This document shows positions 50,081 to 60,961 of a DNA stretch of 64,000 nt, piece by piece (the first letter of the stretch is position 1; each line of letters opens with the position of its first letter). A program made the position numbers and the translations under genes. The notes under the pieces were generated by a model. The model was not told where the DNA came from. It saw only the letters and a list, made by a program, of their open reading frames with translations, and did no database searches. The stretch spans positions 4,128,001-4,192,000 of the forward strand of contig OZ271854.1 of NCBI GenBank assembly GCA_965601925.1, written 5' to 3'. Source of the DNA: Alkalispirochaeta sp. GTDB taxonomy: Bacteria > Spirochaetota > Spirochaetia > DSM-27196 > Alkalispirochaetaceae.

Positions 50081-51745
50081 ATGAAATTATCGATATTGCA
50101 GAAAACGAGATACGAGTACACGCCCAAGCTCCCGCCGGCCATCCGCGGCGAGGTCGCCTCAATCGGAATCGCATTCGGAGAGCCGACCGGAGCGATCGCC
50201 GACCAAGATGAACTGAAGGCCCTGTTCGACAAGACCTACGGCAAACCGATTGCGACGCTCGGTCGGAGTACCGAAAGCAATGCGTCGTCGTCGAAAAAGC
50301 GGACCGTCGGCGTCATTCTTTCCGGTGGGCAAGCGCCGGGCGGGCACAACGTCATCGCCGGCATCTTCGACGCCCTGAAGGCGGCCAACCGAGATAACAC
50401 GCTGTTCGGTTTTCTCGGCGGGCCTTCGGGTCTGGTCGACGACAAGAAGATCGAAATCACCCATGAGTACATGGACCGATTTCGCAACACCGGCGGCTTC
50501 GACATCATCGGGAGCGGGCGCACGAAGATCGAAACGGATGAACAGTTCGCCTCGGCGCGCCGCACGTGTCTGGACAACGATATCGACGCGATCGTCGTAA
50601 TCGGCGGAGACGACAGCAACACCAACGCGGCATTGCTCGCCGAATACTTCGCCGCAGCAGGCGACCCGATTCAGGTGGTCGGCGTTCCCAAGACGATCGA
50701 CGGCGATCTCAAGAATGAATACATCGAGACCTCGTTCGGATTCGATACGGCGGTCAAGACGTATGCGGAGCTGATCGGAAATATCGAGCGGGACGCCGCG
50801 AGCGCCAAGAAATACTGGCACTTCATTAAGCTCATGGGACGCAGCGCAAGTCACATCGCCTTGGAATGCGCACTGCAGACGCAGCCCAATATCTGCATCA
50901 TCTCCGAGGAGGTGCAACAGAGGGGACAGACCCTTTCGGAGGTCGTCAGCTCGATTGTGGAGGTCGTCGTGAAGCGCGCCGAGGCGGGAGAAAACTTCGG
51001 TGTCGTCCTCGTACCCGAGGGCCTCATCGAGTTCATTCCGGAGATGGGTTCGCTGATTCATGAGCTCAACGACATACTGGCCGAGAACGCCGCCTATTTC
51101 GGGACGCTCAACACCTTCGAGGACCAGTCGGAATGGGTCAACAAACACCTCTCGAAAGACAGTTCGTACGTCTTCTCGTCTCTGCCGACCGAAATCCAAC
51201 GTCAACTCCTTATGGATCGCGACCCCCACGGTAACGTGCAGGTTTCGCGTATCGAGACCGAGAAACTCCTCATCGAGATGGTGGAGGACCGCCTGCGGGA
51301 GCTCGCCATGAAGGGCGCCTACTCAGGCTCATTCAGTTCGCAGCACCACTTTTTCGGGTACGAAGGGCGGTGTGCCTTTCCGAGTAACTTTGATGCCGAC
51401 TACACCTACTCGTTGGGCTACACCGCGTTTCTCCTGATCGGCGCGGGCCTCACCGGCTACATATCGAGTGTACGGCACCTCGACCGGAGCGCGGACGAGT
51501 GGGTCGCCGGCGGGATACCGTTGACGATGATGATGAACATGGAGCAGCGGCACGGAAAACGGAAACCGGTCATCCGCAAGGCGTTGGTCGAGCTCGACGG
51601 CGAACCCTTCCGCGCTTTCGCGGCGGAACGGGACGGGTGGGCGACCACGACATCATTCGCTTTTCCCGGTGCTATCCAGTACTTCGGCCCGTCGGAGGTA
51701 TGCGATCAACCGACGATGACGTTACGCCTCGAGCGGAACGCGTAA
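50081..51745 (+). CDS. pfp: Pyrophosphate-dependent phosphofructokinase (long type)
   Basis: [20 protein letters not shown] (GGDD marks the PPi type), PKTIDGD, MGRSASH and GYEGR motifs. Confidence 0.95.
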   Translation: MKLSILQKTRYEYTPKLPPAIRGEVASIGIAFGEPTGAIADQDELKALFDKTYGKPIATLGRSTESNASSSKKRTVGVILSGGQAPGGHNVIAGIFDALKAANRDNTLFGFLGGPSGLVDDKKIEITHEYMDRFRNTGGFDIIGSGRTKIETDEQFASARRTCLDNDIDAIVVIGGDDSNTNAALLAEYFAAAGDPIQVVGVPKTIDGDLKNEYIETSFGFDTAVKTYAELIGNIERDAASAKKYWHFIKLMGRSASHIALECALQTQPNICIISEEVQQRGQTLSEVVSSIVEVVVKRAEAGENFGVVLVPEGLIEFIPEMGSLIHELNDILAENAAYFGTLNTFEDQSEWVNKHLSKDSSYVFSSLPTEIQRQLLMDRDPHGNVQVSRIETEKLLIEMVEDRLRELAMKGAYSGSFSSQHHFFGYEGRCAFPSNFDADYTYSLGYTAFLLIGAGLTGYISSVRHLDRSADEWVAGGIPLTMMMNMEQRHGKRKPVIRKALVELDGEPFRAFAAERDGWATTTSFAFPGAIQYFGPSEVCDQPTMTLRLERNA

Positions 51746-51800
51746 CGGCATAACGCCCGGCCCGGCGACGCATCTCCGGGGCCCGGCGGGCCTCCGGTCT

Positions 51801-52745
51801 CTACTCTCTGGTCGAACCGGGCTTTAGCAGCGACGCGTTAATCGCCGCCAATGTGTGGCCGTACTCGACGGCCTCCGTGAGCGGAGCGCCCCGAAAAAAA
51901 CGTGATGCTATGCCGGCCAACATCGCATCGCCGGAACCGATCGTGTTGACCGGCGACAGGGGAATCGTATCCACCCCCTCGATTCGTTCGCCGTCGTACG
52001 TAATCGACGGGGCGGAGCCCTGTGAGAGGACGGTCGTTATCCCGTCGCGATGGAGCCGCGCCAGAACCGCCGCAATACGTTCCCGCTCCTTCTCCATGTC
52101 GAGGAGCGACAATCCCTCCGATTCAAGCGCCGAGAAGCGCCGTTTCAGCTCCGGGGTAAACGTATCGCCGAACTCGCGTACATTGATCTTGACCAAATCG
52201 GGTTTTAGACGCACGGCCTCGCGCAACAGTGCGCCTTGAAAGTCTACTCCGATCTTCACGTCGCGCGCTCGCGCCGCTTCCATCATGCGGAGATAAAAGT
52301 CGTCGGGGTATCCCGGTGCCATCGATCCGCAGATGAGCAACACATCGCACTCGCCGATGCAGCGCTCAAAGGCCTCCCATACCGCCTCGACCGTAGCATC
52401 CGACACCGTGGCGGTCGGCTCTATGAACTCGGTAGTCGCGGGAGGCTCGCGCTCGGCGATGGTTACGCACGTTCGAATCTCGCCTTCGTCCTCGGGCGCG
52501 ACAACCTCTATAGAATCGCGCGCGCACTCGGCGAGCCAAAAGGCGCGCCAATCACCACCGGCATGAGAAAGGTGCACGGCCGTGTCGCCGATTTGCCCGA
52601 GAACGCGTGCTACGTTCGCGCCCTTACCCGCAACGTCTCTTCTGGACCGCTCACCCCGATTAACGCCGTTGGGGAGCATCGAGCCGATCTGAATGGTAAG
52701 CTGTATCGTGGGATTGAGCCCGACCGTCAAAAAGCGCGGTGTCAC
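51801..52745 (-). CDS. PfkB family sugar kinase (1-phosphofructokinase-like)
   Basis: LNP, AGKGANVA, KIN..E and NTIGSGDA motifs; GTGA overlap with the upstream gene. Confidence 0.85.
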   Translation of the reverse strand: MTPRFLTVGLNPTIQLTIQIGSMLPNGVNRGERSRRDVAGKGANVARVLGQIGDTAVHLSHAGGDWRAFWLAECARDSIEVVAPEDEGEIRTCVTIAEREPPATTEFIEPTATVSDATVEAVWEAFERCIGECDVLLICGSMAPGYPDDFYLRMMEAARARDVKIGVDFQGALLREAVRLKPDLVKINVREFGDTFTPELKRRFSALESEGLSLLDMEKERERIAAVLARLHRDGITTVLSQGSAPSITYDGERIEGVDTIPLSPVNTIGSGDAMLAGIASRFFRGAPLTEAVEYGHTLAAINASLLKPGSTRE

Positions 52746-53938
52746 AACACCTCTTTCATCGCCGAGACGAGTTCGTCGTCCGAGAGCGGATACGGATGGT
52801 TCTTGAGTCCGCTTGCCGCTCCGATACGCGTCAGATCGTCCCCATTGAATCCGAAATCGGAGAGTCGCGCGAGACCCTCCGCGCGCTCGCGCAGCCACGT
52901 AATCAGGGCCTCGATATCTCGCTTCCCGGTCCCGTCGCCGAGCGCCCGGGCAACATCTCGATAACGCTCGATCGAGACGGCGGCATCTCCGTCGCCGGCG
53001 GCGCTCCGGGTCGCGAGGCGGTCGACCGTTGCCGCGGTAATCGGGGCTATCAGCAACCCGCACACTACGCCGTGCGGTATATCCCGTAGAGCTCCCATAG
53101 GCGAGGCGATACCGTGTACCGCCCCGAGCCCGGCGTTCGCCAAACAGACGCCGCTCAGGTACGCCGCCAACGCCATATCCCGACGTAGCGACACACCGTC
53201 GGCCCCGGCGATGAGTCGGGGAAGGGCGCGCCCTGCCAAATGCAGCCCTTGGAGCGCCAGAGCGTCGGTAACCGGATTGGCTTGAGTCGAGACGTACGCC
53301 TCCAAGAGTTGCGTTACCGCATCAAGGCCGCCGGCGGTCGTTATCTCGGGCGGCGTATCGAGGTGAAGCTCGGGATCGATCACCGCAACGCGGGGCACAA
53401 AGTTGTCGTGCCGCAACGACTTTTTGAACCCTTCCGGCCCGACCTCACTCAACACCGCATTCTTCGTAGCCTCGCTACCCGTCCCCGCCGTGCTGGGAAC
53501 GGCATACAACGGCAACGTGGAGCCGCGAGGGCTCCGGTCGCCGACACCTTCCAAAAAGGTACGCACCCCACCCGTCGTCTCCTCCGCGTTGAGGGAGAGC
53601 ATCGACGCGACCGCCTTCCCGGCGTCGATGACGCTTCCACCGCCGATCGCGACGACTCCGCGACATCCCGGTATGTCCGAGCGAACGCTCTCTACAACGG
53701 CATCCACAAGCGACGGCGACGGCTCACCGCGGACCGTTGCATCGATGAACTCGACGTTCGCCTCCAGGAGGCGCTCGACGATGAGACTCCACCGCTCGCG
53801 CCCTCGAATCGAACGGCCGCCGGTGATGACGACGACTTTATCGATCCCGTCGGCGACGAGCCGCGATGCAATGTCAAGGCTCGCCCCCTCGCCGACGGTC
53901 AAATGCGGCTGTCTGGCAATTGAAAACGGTCCGCTCAT
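52742..53938 (-). CDS. Iron-containing alcohol dehydrogenase
   Basis: GGGSVIDAGK, PSTAGTGSEATKNAV, GLGAVHG and PHG motifs. Confidence 0.9.
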   Translation of the reverse strand: MSGPFSIARQPHLTVGEGASLDIASRLVADGIDKVVVITGGRSIRGRERWSLIVERLLEANVEFIDATVRGEPSPSLVDAVVESVRSDIPGCRGVVAIGGGSVIDAGKAVASMLSLNAEETTGGVRTFLEGVGDRSPRGSTLPLYAVPSTAGTGSEATKNAVLSEVGPEGFKKSLRHDNFVPRVAVIDPELHLDTPPEITTAGGLDAVTQLLEAYVSTQANPVTDALALQGLHLAGRALPRLIAGADGVSLRRDMALAAYLSGVCLANAGLGAVHGIASPMGALRDIPHGVVCGLLIAPITAATVDRLATRSAAGDGDAAVSIERYRDVARALGDGTGKRDIEALITWLRERAEGLARLSDFGFNGDDLTRIGAASGLKNHPYPLSDDELVSAMKEVL

Positions 53939-54267
53939 CGTCCGCCTTCCTTTTTCGGCGACCTCCGCGGTACGTGAATGCGCTGCGCCTCGGGATCGGC
54001 GGCGGGTCGATAGATGATTCCGATATTGCCGATTACGGCAACCAGAACGGCACCCAACGAGTCGCAGAGGTCGCTTGTTATCTCTCTTCGCCGTTCTTTA
54101 AAGTCGGAGAATCTTATTTTTATGAGTTCATGATGTTCAAGTTCGCGGTCGATGTGCGAACGCACATCCGGACCGGGGCCCGCCTTGCCGATCGTGGCGA
54201 CGGGCTTACGATGGTGCGCCTCTTTCAGGAGTGCGGAGCGCTGATATCCGGTAAGTCGCTGTTCCAT
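53935..54267 (-). CDS. yhbY: YhbY/CRM RNA-binding protein
   Basis: LTGYQRSALL..AH..KP...IGK.G, HELIKI, VIG....YR. Confidence 0.85.
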   Translation of the reverse strand: MEQRLTGYQRSALLKEAHHRKPVATIGKAGPGPDVRSHIDRELEHHELIKIRFSDFKERRREITSDLCDSLGAVLVAVIGNIGIIYRPAADPEAQRIHVPRRSPKKEGGR

Positions 54268-54382
54268 TATCGGCATGGTACAATGGCGACCGAGAACGTG
54301 CATAGCTATGGCGGGCGATCGGCCGACTAAGTCTCGATTCGCTTTTGCGCCGGCCCTTCGCTCTATGCTACAATGCGACACA

Positions 54383-56284
54383 ATGAATACACTTCCTCTT
54401 CTTTTTGAACATATTGCAACGGCATACCCGGATCATACCGCACAGCTGTTTAAGGATCGCGACGGGGTATTTCAGCGCCGTCGATGGCAAGAGCTCTTTG
54501 TCGATGTGGCGACCTTTGCCGCGGGGCTGTACGACCTTGGAGTTCGTCGGGGAGATCGTGTCGGGCTCATCTCCGAAAATCGCGCCGAGTGGTTCGTATC
54601 CGATCTGGCCATTATGACCCTCGGCGCCGCCGATGTACCGCGCGGCAACGATGCGACGCCGCCAGAACTGGCCTTTATTCTCGGCTTCAGCGAGGTCCGC
54701 GTCACCGTCGTCGAGACGAACGCTCAGTTGGAGAAAATCGCCGCCGTACGGTCCGACATACCGACGCTCGAAACCGTCATTCTACTTTCCGACGACCAGG
54801 TGGAGGGGGCGCCGCCTACTCCTGCCGGGATCGAGCTGTTGACCTATCGAGACGTTATGGAGCGTGGACGCACAGCGCGGGGACGCGAGCCGGAACGTGT
54901 AGACCTCGAGCGGAAGGCGGGTGGCGAACACGACGTCGCCACGATTATATTCACCTCCGGCACTACCGGTGAGCCGAAAGGTGTCATGTTGACCCATCGC
55001 AACCTCCTCCACCAGGTAGAGAACGTTCCGAAGCTTATCAATGTGGGCCCCGAGGACATCTGGTTGTGCGTTCTGCCGGTCTGGCACAGTTTTGAGCGCA
55101 TCATGCAGTACGTATCGATGGGACGCGGCTCCGCGCTCGCCTACTCCAAACCGATCGGGAAAATCATGCTCGAAGACTTCCAGAAGGTGCGACCGACGTG
55201 GATGGCGAGCGTTCCCCGCATTTGGGAGGCGATCCGCGCCGGCATCTATCGCCAGGTGAACAAGCAAAGTCCGGTTCGACGCGGACTCTTTCACTTTTTC
55301 GTCGCCGTCGGCGGCAATTGGGCTTACGCGCGGGATATGTTTTTGGGCCGTCTACCGCGTTTCAAGAAACGGATACGCGCCCTGGATGCGCTCGTCGCGG
55401 CCCTCCCCCTCGCGCTTCTTACACCTCTTAAGCTTCTCGGAGACGTCCTCGTATTCGGCAAGATCAAAGCAAAACTGGGTGGCCGTTTTCAGGCCGGAAT
55501 CTCCGGCGGCGGCGCGCTTCCGCAAGCGGTCGATCGCTTCTTCTCCGCGGCGGGAATTCTCCTCTTGGAGGGCTACGGCCTCACGGAGACCGCGCCGGTG
55601 CTCGGCGTCCGAGCCCAGAATCGGCCGGTTGCGGGCACGGTGGGTCCGGTCTTCCCCGGTACCGAAATACGCATCATAGGCGAGGACGGCGACGTCCTTC
55701 CCCCCGGCCGCCAGGGGGTGGTACACGCCAAGGGCCCCCAAGTCATGGCCGGATACTATAAACACCCGGATCTCACCTCGGCGATCCTATCCGACGACGG
55801 CTGGCTGGACACCGGCGATCTGGGAATGCTCACCTGGGACAATGAACTCAAGATAACCGGACGCGCTAAAGACACGATTGTGCTGTTGGGCGGAGAGAAC
55901 GTCGAGCCGGCACCGATCGAAGAGCGCTTGCGCGAATCGGAATACATCGCGCAGGCGGTTGCGGTCGGACAGGATCAGAAATTTCTTGCGGTCCTGCTCG
56001 TACCCGATTTCGATGCCTTGGAGCAGTGGGCCGATGGCGAGCAAATCACCGTAGCGGGACGCGAAGACTTGCTGGAGGACTCGCGCGTACAGAGTCTCTA
56101 TACCCAAGAGATCGCGCGGCTCGTTAACAGCCAATCCGGTTTCAAAACATTCGAGCAGGTGTTCCGATTTCGCCTCCTCTCCGATGATTTCCGCGTCGGC
56201 GAAGAGCTCTCCGCAAAGCAAGAGATCAAGCGTCACGTCATCGTGGAGCGGTACCACGGAGAGATATCCGGACTGTTTTCGTGA
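54383..56284 (+). CDS. Long-chain fatty acid--CoA ligase
   Basis: FTSGTTGEPKG, EGYGLTE, TGDLG and GRAKD motifs. Confidence 0.9.
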   Translation: MNTLPLLFEHIATAYPDHTAQLFKDRDGVFQRRRWQELFVDVATFAAGLYDLGVRRGDRVGLISENRAEWFVSDLAIMTLGAADVPRGNDATPPELAFILGFSEVRVTVVETNAQLEKIAAVRSDIPTLETVILLSDDQVEGAPPTPAGIELLTYRDVMERGRTARGREPERVDLERKAGGEHDVATIIFTSGTTGEPKGVMLTHRNLLHQVENVPKLINVGPEDIWLCVLPVWHSFERIMQYVSMGRGSALAYSKPIGKIMLEDFQKVRPTWMASVPRIWEAIRAGIYRQVNKQSPVRRGLFHFFVAVGGNWAYARDMFLGRLPRFKKRIRALDALVAALPLALLTPLKLLGDVLVFGKIKAKLGGRFQAGISGGGALPQAVDRFFSAAGILLLEGYGLTETAPVLGVRAQNRPVAGTVGPVFPGTEIRIIGEDGDVLPPGRQGVVHAKGPQVMAGYYKHPDLTSAILSDDGWLDTGDLGMLTWDNELKITGRAKDTIVLLGGENVEPAPIEERLRESEYIAQAVAVGQDQKFLAVLLVPDFDALEQWADGEQITVAGREDLLEDSRVQSLYTQEIARLVNSQSGFKTFEQVFRFRLLSDDFRVGEELSAKQEIKRHVIVERYHGEISGLFS

Positions 56285-56361
56285 TATGTGTAACTCCCCG
56301 CCGGCCGGCAGACCTAAGCGCCGGCGGGCGAGCCGACTCATCGCCGCCTCAGGCGTACGGC

Positions 56362-58017
56362 CTACGATGCCGCGGCCAGCAATCCGTTGAGCGTGGAGAG
56401 CAAATCGACCATCGCACGCGTATCCACCGAGCAGTACGTTGCGATGTCGTCCGCCGAAACGACGGTCGCTGCGCCGTTCTTACCGAACCGTTCGATAACG
56501 TTGCTCGCCCCTTCGGCCGCGGCGGCTCCCATCTTCTCGACATAGCGCCATGACGCTTCATCAACGTCGTTCGGCGGCCTCTCGCCCGGGTCGCCTGCCA
56601 ACGCGCCGTCCGCAAGGCGCGTATATGCGAGGTTGGCGTGCATACCGTCGCGCAGGGGACTATCGCCGTAGTCGGAGTCGGTAAAGGCGGGGAGCACGCG
56701 TTTGAGCGACACCTTTCCCAACTGATCCGGATGGTACACGGCAAAGTCGGCAAAGGGCGAGAGCAAATCGACCATCCGCACGACGAGGGCTTTTCCGGCA
56801 TCCTCGTCTCCGGCGAGTGCGGCGAGTTGCCTGATCATAGCCGACTCGAATGGCTTACTGAATACGACGATGCTCCCCGCCTCGCCCAACCGGTCACGGA
56901 GCCATCGAAAGAGGCTCAGCCGCCCGTCGACCCCCGGCCGGGAGACGATCCATTCGTGGTCGGACGCCTCATCGATGCGGTCCTGACGATGCAACGACGC
57001 GATCACCGGCGTGTGCTCGTACGGAGAAAGCTTCTCGAACGGCGGAATTGAGGGCGCGTACGCTTCGAAATCGAGATAGAAAATCGGCTCGCGGATCGTG
57101 CCCAAAAAGGCGGCCAGTCGAGTCGAGTCGACGTGGGGCACGCCGGTACGAACCGTTTCGATTTGAATGCGTTGTTTGGCGCTCAGCTTGTGCACCGAAC
57201 CGTCCACATCAAGCAGATCGCGCACACCCGCGTCGTACAACTCTCGCCCGAGACGTCCCCCTTTGTGGAGGGTGAGGACGCTCAAACGCCCGTCATCGAG
57301 TTTCTCCTTCGGTACACAGAGGCTGCATCCGGAGTTGCACACGTACGCGTCGTCGACCGTGCCGGTCTCTATCGCGCGCCGCAACCCCTCGAGGCTCTCG
57401 GCGATGTGGCCGGTGCGCCGCGACGAGCGACGCAAGACGCTACTCTCGCGAAAGAGATCCCGCCATTCGACCTCGGCATCACGGAGGCACTTCTTGTCGA
57501 GGTACATGAGATGGATCTCCGCCAAAGGAAGCGCCAGACGCTCGAAGACGTACGCCACCGCTGCGGTCTCCGTCGCATATACCCCGCGCAACCCCGTCGC
57601 AGGACGAAACAACGTCACCGTCCAGCCGCCGAGTCGCCGGTGCCACGTCATACAATCGACGAGGACTGCAAGCTCGCCGGCAATGAGGAGACCGTGCCGG
57701 ACCGGAGTTTCCGTGCCGACCGATTCCATCGTCGCCTCGTGCCATAGGCGGCAGCGCGCCTCGTCGAGTACGAGGTGAGGGAGGAGCGCGGTCGGCGGTG
57801 CACCGATATCGCCGAGACCGTCGAAAGCCGCGTTGCGAGCATGAGGCACCCACGTACGTGCGCCGATCTCGATCACGCGCGCCGTCTCGCGAAGATTGGC
57901 CTCCCCGGTCATCTCCGTCGGTAGCACGGGCGCGCGCGTTCCGGACGGGAGCGCATCGTGCATCCACTGCCGACGGCACCGGTTCCATAAAATGAGGTCG
58001 TTCGAAGAAAAAAGCAT
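56362..58017 (-). CDS. DUF2779 domain protein (RecB/Cas4-like N-terminus plus RNase H-like C-terminus)
   Basis: C.R..W N-terminus; YLDFEA, FE..MI..LA, MVDLL.PF, SLK.VLP and YC.VDT.AM motifs. Confidence 0.7.
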   Translation of the reverse strand: MLFSSNDLILWNRCRRQWMHDALPSGTRAPVLPTEMTGEANLRETARVIEIGARTWVPHARNAAFDGLGDIGAPPTALLPHLVLDEARCRLWHEATMESVGTETPVRHGLLIAGELAVLVDCMTWHRRLGGWTVTLFRPATGLRGVYATETAAVAYVFERLALPLAEIHLMYLDKKCLRDAEVEWRDLFRESSVLRRSSRRTGHIAESLEGLRRAIETGTVDDAYVCNSGCSLCVPKEKLDDGRLSVLTLHKGGRLGRELYDAGVRDLLDVDGSVHKLSAKQRIQIETVRTGVPHVDSTRLAAFLGTIREPIFYLDFEAYAPSIPPFEKLSPYEHTPVIASLHRQDRIDEASDHEWIVSRPGVDGRLSLFRWLRDRLGEAGSIVVFSKPFESAMIRQLAALAGDEDAGKALVVRMVDLLSPFADFAVYHPDQLGKVSLKRVLPAFTDSDYGDSPLRDGMHANLAYTRLADGALAGDPGERPPNDVDEASWRYVEKMGAAAAEGASNVIERFGKNGAATVVSADDIATYCSVDTRAMVDLLSTLNGLLAAAS

Positions 58018-59246
58018 TATGAAGCGGCGTTCAAACAGAGCTCGTAGGTGTCGATCGCGATCTGCAACTCCTCGTTCGTCGGTTCCACAATGATCGTGGT
58101 GGGAGAATACTCGGCGGAGATGATTCCCTCCCTCGGTCCGTTCTCTAGATTTTTGCGATAGTCCATGACGATCCCGAGGTTTTCAAGGCGGCGGCAAATA
58201 CGCTCCCGCATCCGCGTTCCGTACTGACCGATACCGCCGGTGAAAACGAGAATATCGACCTTTACGATATTCGCCGCGTAGGCGCCGATGAACTTCCGCA
58301 CGCGATAGGCGTACACGTCGAGCGCTTCGATGGCGTTTCGGTCTCCCAACTCGGCAGCCTCTTCCAAGTCTCGCAGATCATTCGATTTCCGCGACAATCC
58401 CAAGAGGCCGCTCTCCTTGTTGAGCATACGATTGAGTTCCTCGGCGGAGTATCCCCGTTCCATGAGATAAAAGAGAATCGAGGGATCCAAGTCGCCGCTG
58501 CGCGTCCCCATCATGAGCCCCTCAAGGGGGGTGAAACCCATGGACGTATCGACCGAGCGACCGTTTCCGATCGCGGTAATCGACGCACCGTTTCCCAAGT
58601 GACAGGAGATCACGTTGGTGTTGTCGATCGATCGCTTGGCGAAGGCGACGGCCTGGTTTGCCACGTAGCGGTGCGAGGTTCCGTGAAACCCGTAGCGCCT
58701 GATGCGGTACTTCTCATAGAGTTCTCGCGGCAGTCCGTAGAGGTATGCGGCCGGTTTCAAGGTCTGGTGAAACGCGGTATCGAAGACCGCTACTTGTTTG
58801 CAGTGGGGGAACGATTCCATCGCCTCGGTGATACCGGTCAAGTTGGCCGGATTATGGAGGGGGGCGAGCTCGATGTTTTCGTCGATCGCCTTAATTACCT
58901 CATCGTCGATCACAACCGACTCGGCGTACTTTTCGCCGCCGTGCACGACACGATGTCCGACGCCCCATATCTCTTCGAGCCGGTCGAGCACACCGTTCTG
59001 CTCATCGGTAAGCGCTGAAGTCATCATCGCGATCGCGGCTTTGTGATCTTCGACGGTAGAATCGATTTTCAGTAATCCGTTCCACCCGGATTGCTTCAAA
59101 TGGCTCTGCTTTTGCCCAATTCGTTCGATGACGCCCTTACCGACACTCTCCCTGCTCGGCATATCGTACACTTCGTACTTGAGAGAGGAGCTTCCGCTGT
59201 TGATAACGAGAATCTTCTTCCCGTCGTTCAGTGTTCGTCTCGGCAT
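58017..59246 (-). CDS. ackA: Acetate kinase
   Basis: NSGSSSLK, GHRVVHGG, APLHN, FDTAFH, HLGNGAS, DTSMG and PTNEE motifs. Confidence 0.97.
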   Translation of the reverse strand: MPRRTLNDGKKILVINSGSSSLKYEVYDMPSRESVGKGVIERIGQKQSHLKQSGWNGLLKIDSTVEDHKAAIAMMTSALTDEQNGVLDRLEEIWGVGHRVVHGGEKYAESVVIDDEVIKAIDENIELAPLHNPANLTGITEAMESFPHCKQVAVFDTAFHQTLKPAAYLYGLPRELYEKYRIRRYGFHGTSHRYVANQAVAFAKRSIDNTNVISCHLGNGASITAIGNGRSVDTSMGFTPLEGLMMGTRSGDLDPSILFYLMERGYSAEELNRMLNKESGLLGLSRKSNDLRDLEEAAELGDRNAIEALDVYAYRVRKFIGAYAANIVKVDILVFTGGIGQYGTRMRERICRRLENLGIVMDYRKNLENGPREGIISAEYSPTTIIVEPTNEELQIAIDTYELCLNAAS

Positions 59247-59260
59247 CGCGGTACCTCCGT

Positions 59261-60103
59261 TCAGCGCTCCGGGGATTCCGTCTCGGTCGCCGGCGGGTGC
59301 ACCGCTGCAGCTACCGCGCTCATACCCAAGTTATACAACGCATCGCGATCCGTCGGAACGAGTCTACGCACCTCGAGAAAGTCCTCCAAGGCCGCCTCAT
59401 AGCGGCCGAGGCGGTAGCGCGCATTTCCGCGGTTGAACAGCGCTCGATCGAAGGAGGGATTGCGGGCGAGCGCTTCGGTGTAGGCGGCCTCGGCATCTTC
59501 ATACGCTCCCCCGTCGTAGAGAACATTGCCTATGTGAAAGTGCGGTATCTCCCACCCGATATCCGCCTCGGCGGCAGCCTCCAGCGTCGCGCGGGCGGCG
59601 TCGATGTCTCCGAGGCGCACAAGAGTCAGTCCGAGGTTGTTTAACACGTCGCGATCGGCGTTCGCCCGTTCGCGAGCGCCCTCGAAGTTATCACGCGCCG
59701 CCTCATAACGCGAGAGCTGATAGAGGGCGTTACCGCGGTTGTAAAAGAGCTGTGCGTCGTCCATTCCGAGCCCTTCGGCGGCGTCAAAGAGTGCGATCGA
59801 CTCTTCGTAGCGCGCCAAATCCAGTAGTATCGCTCCGCGATTGTAGGCGATGTGCGGATCGTCGCCGGCCATTTCGGCCATCGCTTCGTAAAACACGAGG
59901 GCGTCCTCTACGCGTCCCTCGTCTCGTGATCGACGCGCCGCCTCCTGGAGAGCATCGAAGCGCGCCTGCCCCTCTTCCGGAATACCATCGAAGAGACCCG
60001 CCGAGCTTCCGGTCGATGCGTCCTGAGCGCCGAGCAACGCAACCTGTGCACCGAGCATAAGAACCATCAACGCCACATATCGCGCAGTCGTGTGTGCTGC
60101 CAT
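59261..60103 (-). CDS. Exported tetratricopeptide repeat protein
   Basis: Signal peptide plus repeated YNRG/NNLG/YNLG TPR units. Confidence 0.85.
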   Translation of the reverse strand: MAAHTTARYVALMVLMLGAQVALLGAQDASTGSSAGLFDGIPEEGQARFDALQEAARRSRDEGRVEDALVFYEAMAEMAGDDPHIAYNRGAILLDLARYEESIALFDAAEGLGMDDAQLFYNRGNALYQLSRYEAARDNFEGARERANADRDVLNNLGLTLVRLGDIDAARATLEAAAEADIGWEIPHFHIGNVLYDGGAYEDAEAAYTEALARNPSFDRALFNRGNARYRLGRYEAALEDFLEVRRLVPTDRDALYNLGMSAVAAAVHPPATETESPER

Positions 60104-60154
60104 GTGTGTCAGTGTAGCGAATCGGATCGCAAGTATCCACAACCCGCCGGTGCA

Positions 60155-60961
60155 CTACGCGAGGCGCACGGCGAACGAATCGGAGATGTATTGCAGCGAG
60201 AACGCCAACAGGCCCGCGGCGATTCCGGGAAAGAGGGAGAGATACGGCGCCTGGACCAGGTACCGTCTGGCGTCGTTGAGCATGAGACCCCAGCTGGCCT
60301 CCGGCGGTTGCGTACCGAGCCCCAGAAATGAAAGGGCCGCCTCGGTGCCCACCGCGAGGGCCGCGAGACTTGCGAGTTGGATAAGCACCTGGGGCAGGAC
60401 GCTCGGCAGAAGATGGAACACCGCTCTCGCCGGAGCGGTGGTGCCGAGCATTCGCGAGACGAGGTAGTAGTCACGGAGAACCGTTCGGCGCGTCTCCAGG
60501 CGGGCGACGCGATAGACGACCGGAGAAAAGACGATACCCAGCGTCCACGTCACTTGATCGCGGCCGGGACCGAGCACCAAACCGACGGTAACCGCCAAAA
60601 GCACCGTCGGAAATGCCAGGACGCTATCGGTAGCGATGCGGAGCACCCGGTCCACCCACCTTCGCTGCGCTATTCCCGAGGCCAACCCCAACGTTGTGCC
60701 GATGATTCCGGCGACGAGTGCCGATCCCAGGGCCACGATGTAGGAGCTGCGTCCGCCGTGCAATAGGCGACTTAACACGTCTCGACCCAGATGATCGGTT
60801 CCCAACGGATGGTCGGGCGTTCCCGGGACGAGTAACGCCTCGTCGATACGTTGCAGAAGCGGGTCGCCGGAGATCATCTCTGCGGCGGCGCACATGACCG
60901 CCCCACCGATCAACACTGCAGTCGCGGTAAACAACGCCCAACGGCGGTGTCGCGACGCCAC
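60155..60961 (-). CDS. Peptide/nickel ABC transporter permease (DppC/OppC-like)
   Basis: HPLGTDHLGRD and LSFLGLG..PP..SWG.ML motifs. Confidence 0.9.
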   Translation of the reverse strand: MASRHRRWALFTATAVLIGGAVMCAAAEMISGDPLLQRIDEALLVPGTPDHPLGTDHLGRDVLSRLLHGGRSSYIVALGSALVAGIIGTTLGLASGIAQRRWVDRVLRIATDSVLAFPTVLLAVTVGLVLGPGRDQVTWTLGIVFSPVVYRVARLETRRTVLRDYYLVSRMLGTTAPARAVFHLLPSVLPQVLIQLASLAALAVGTEAALSFLGLGTQPPEASWGLMLNDARRYLVQAPYLSLFPGIAAGLLAFSLQYISDSFAVRLA

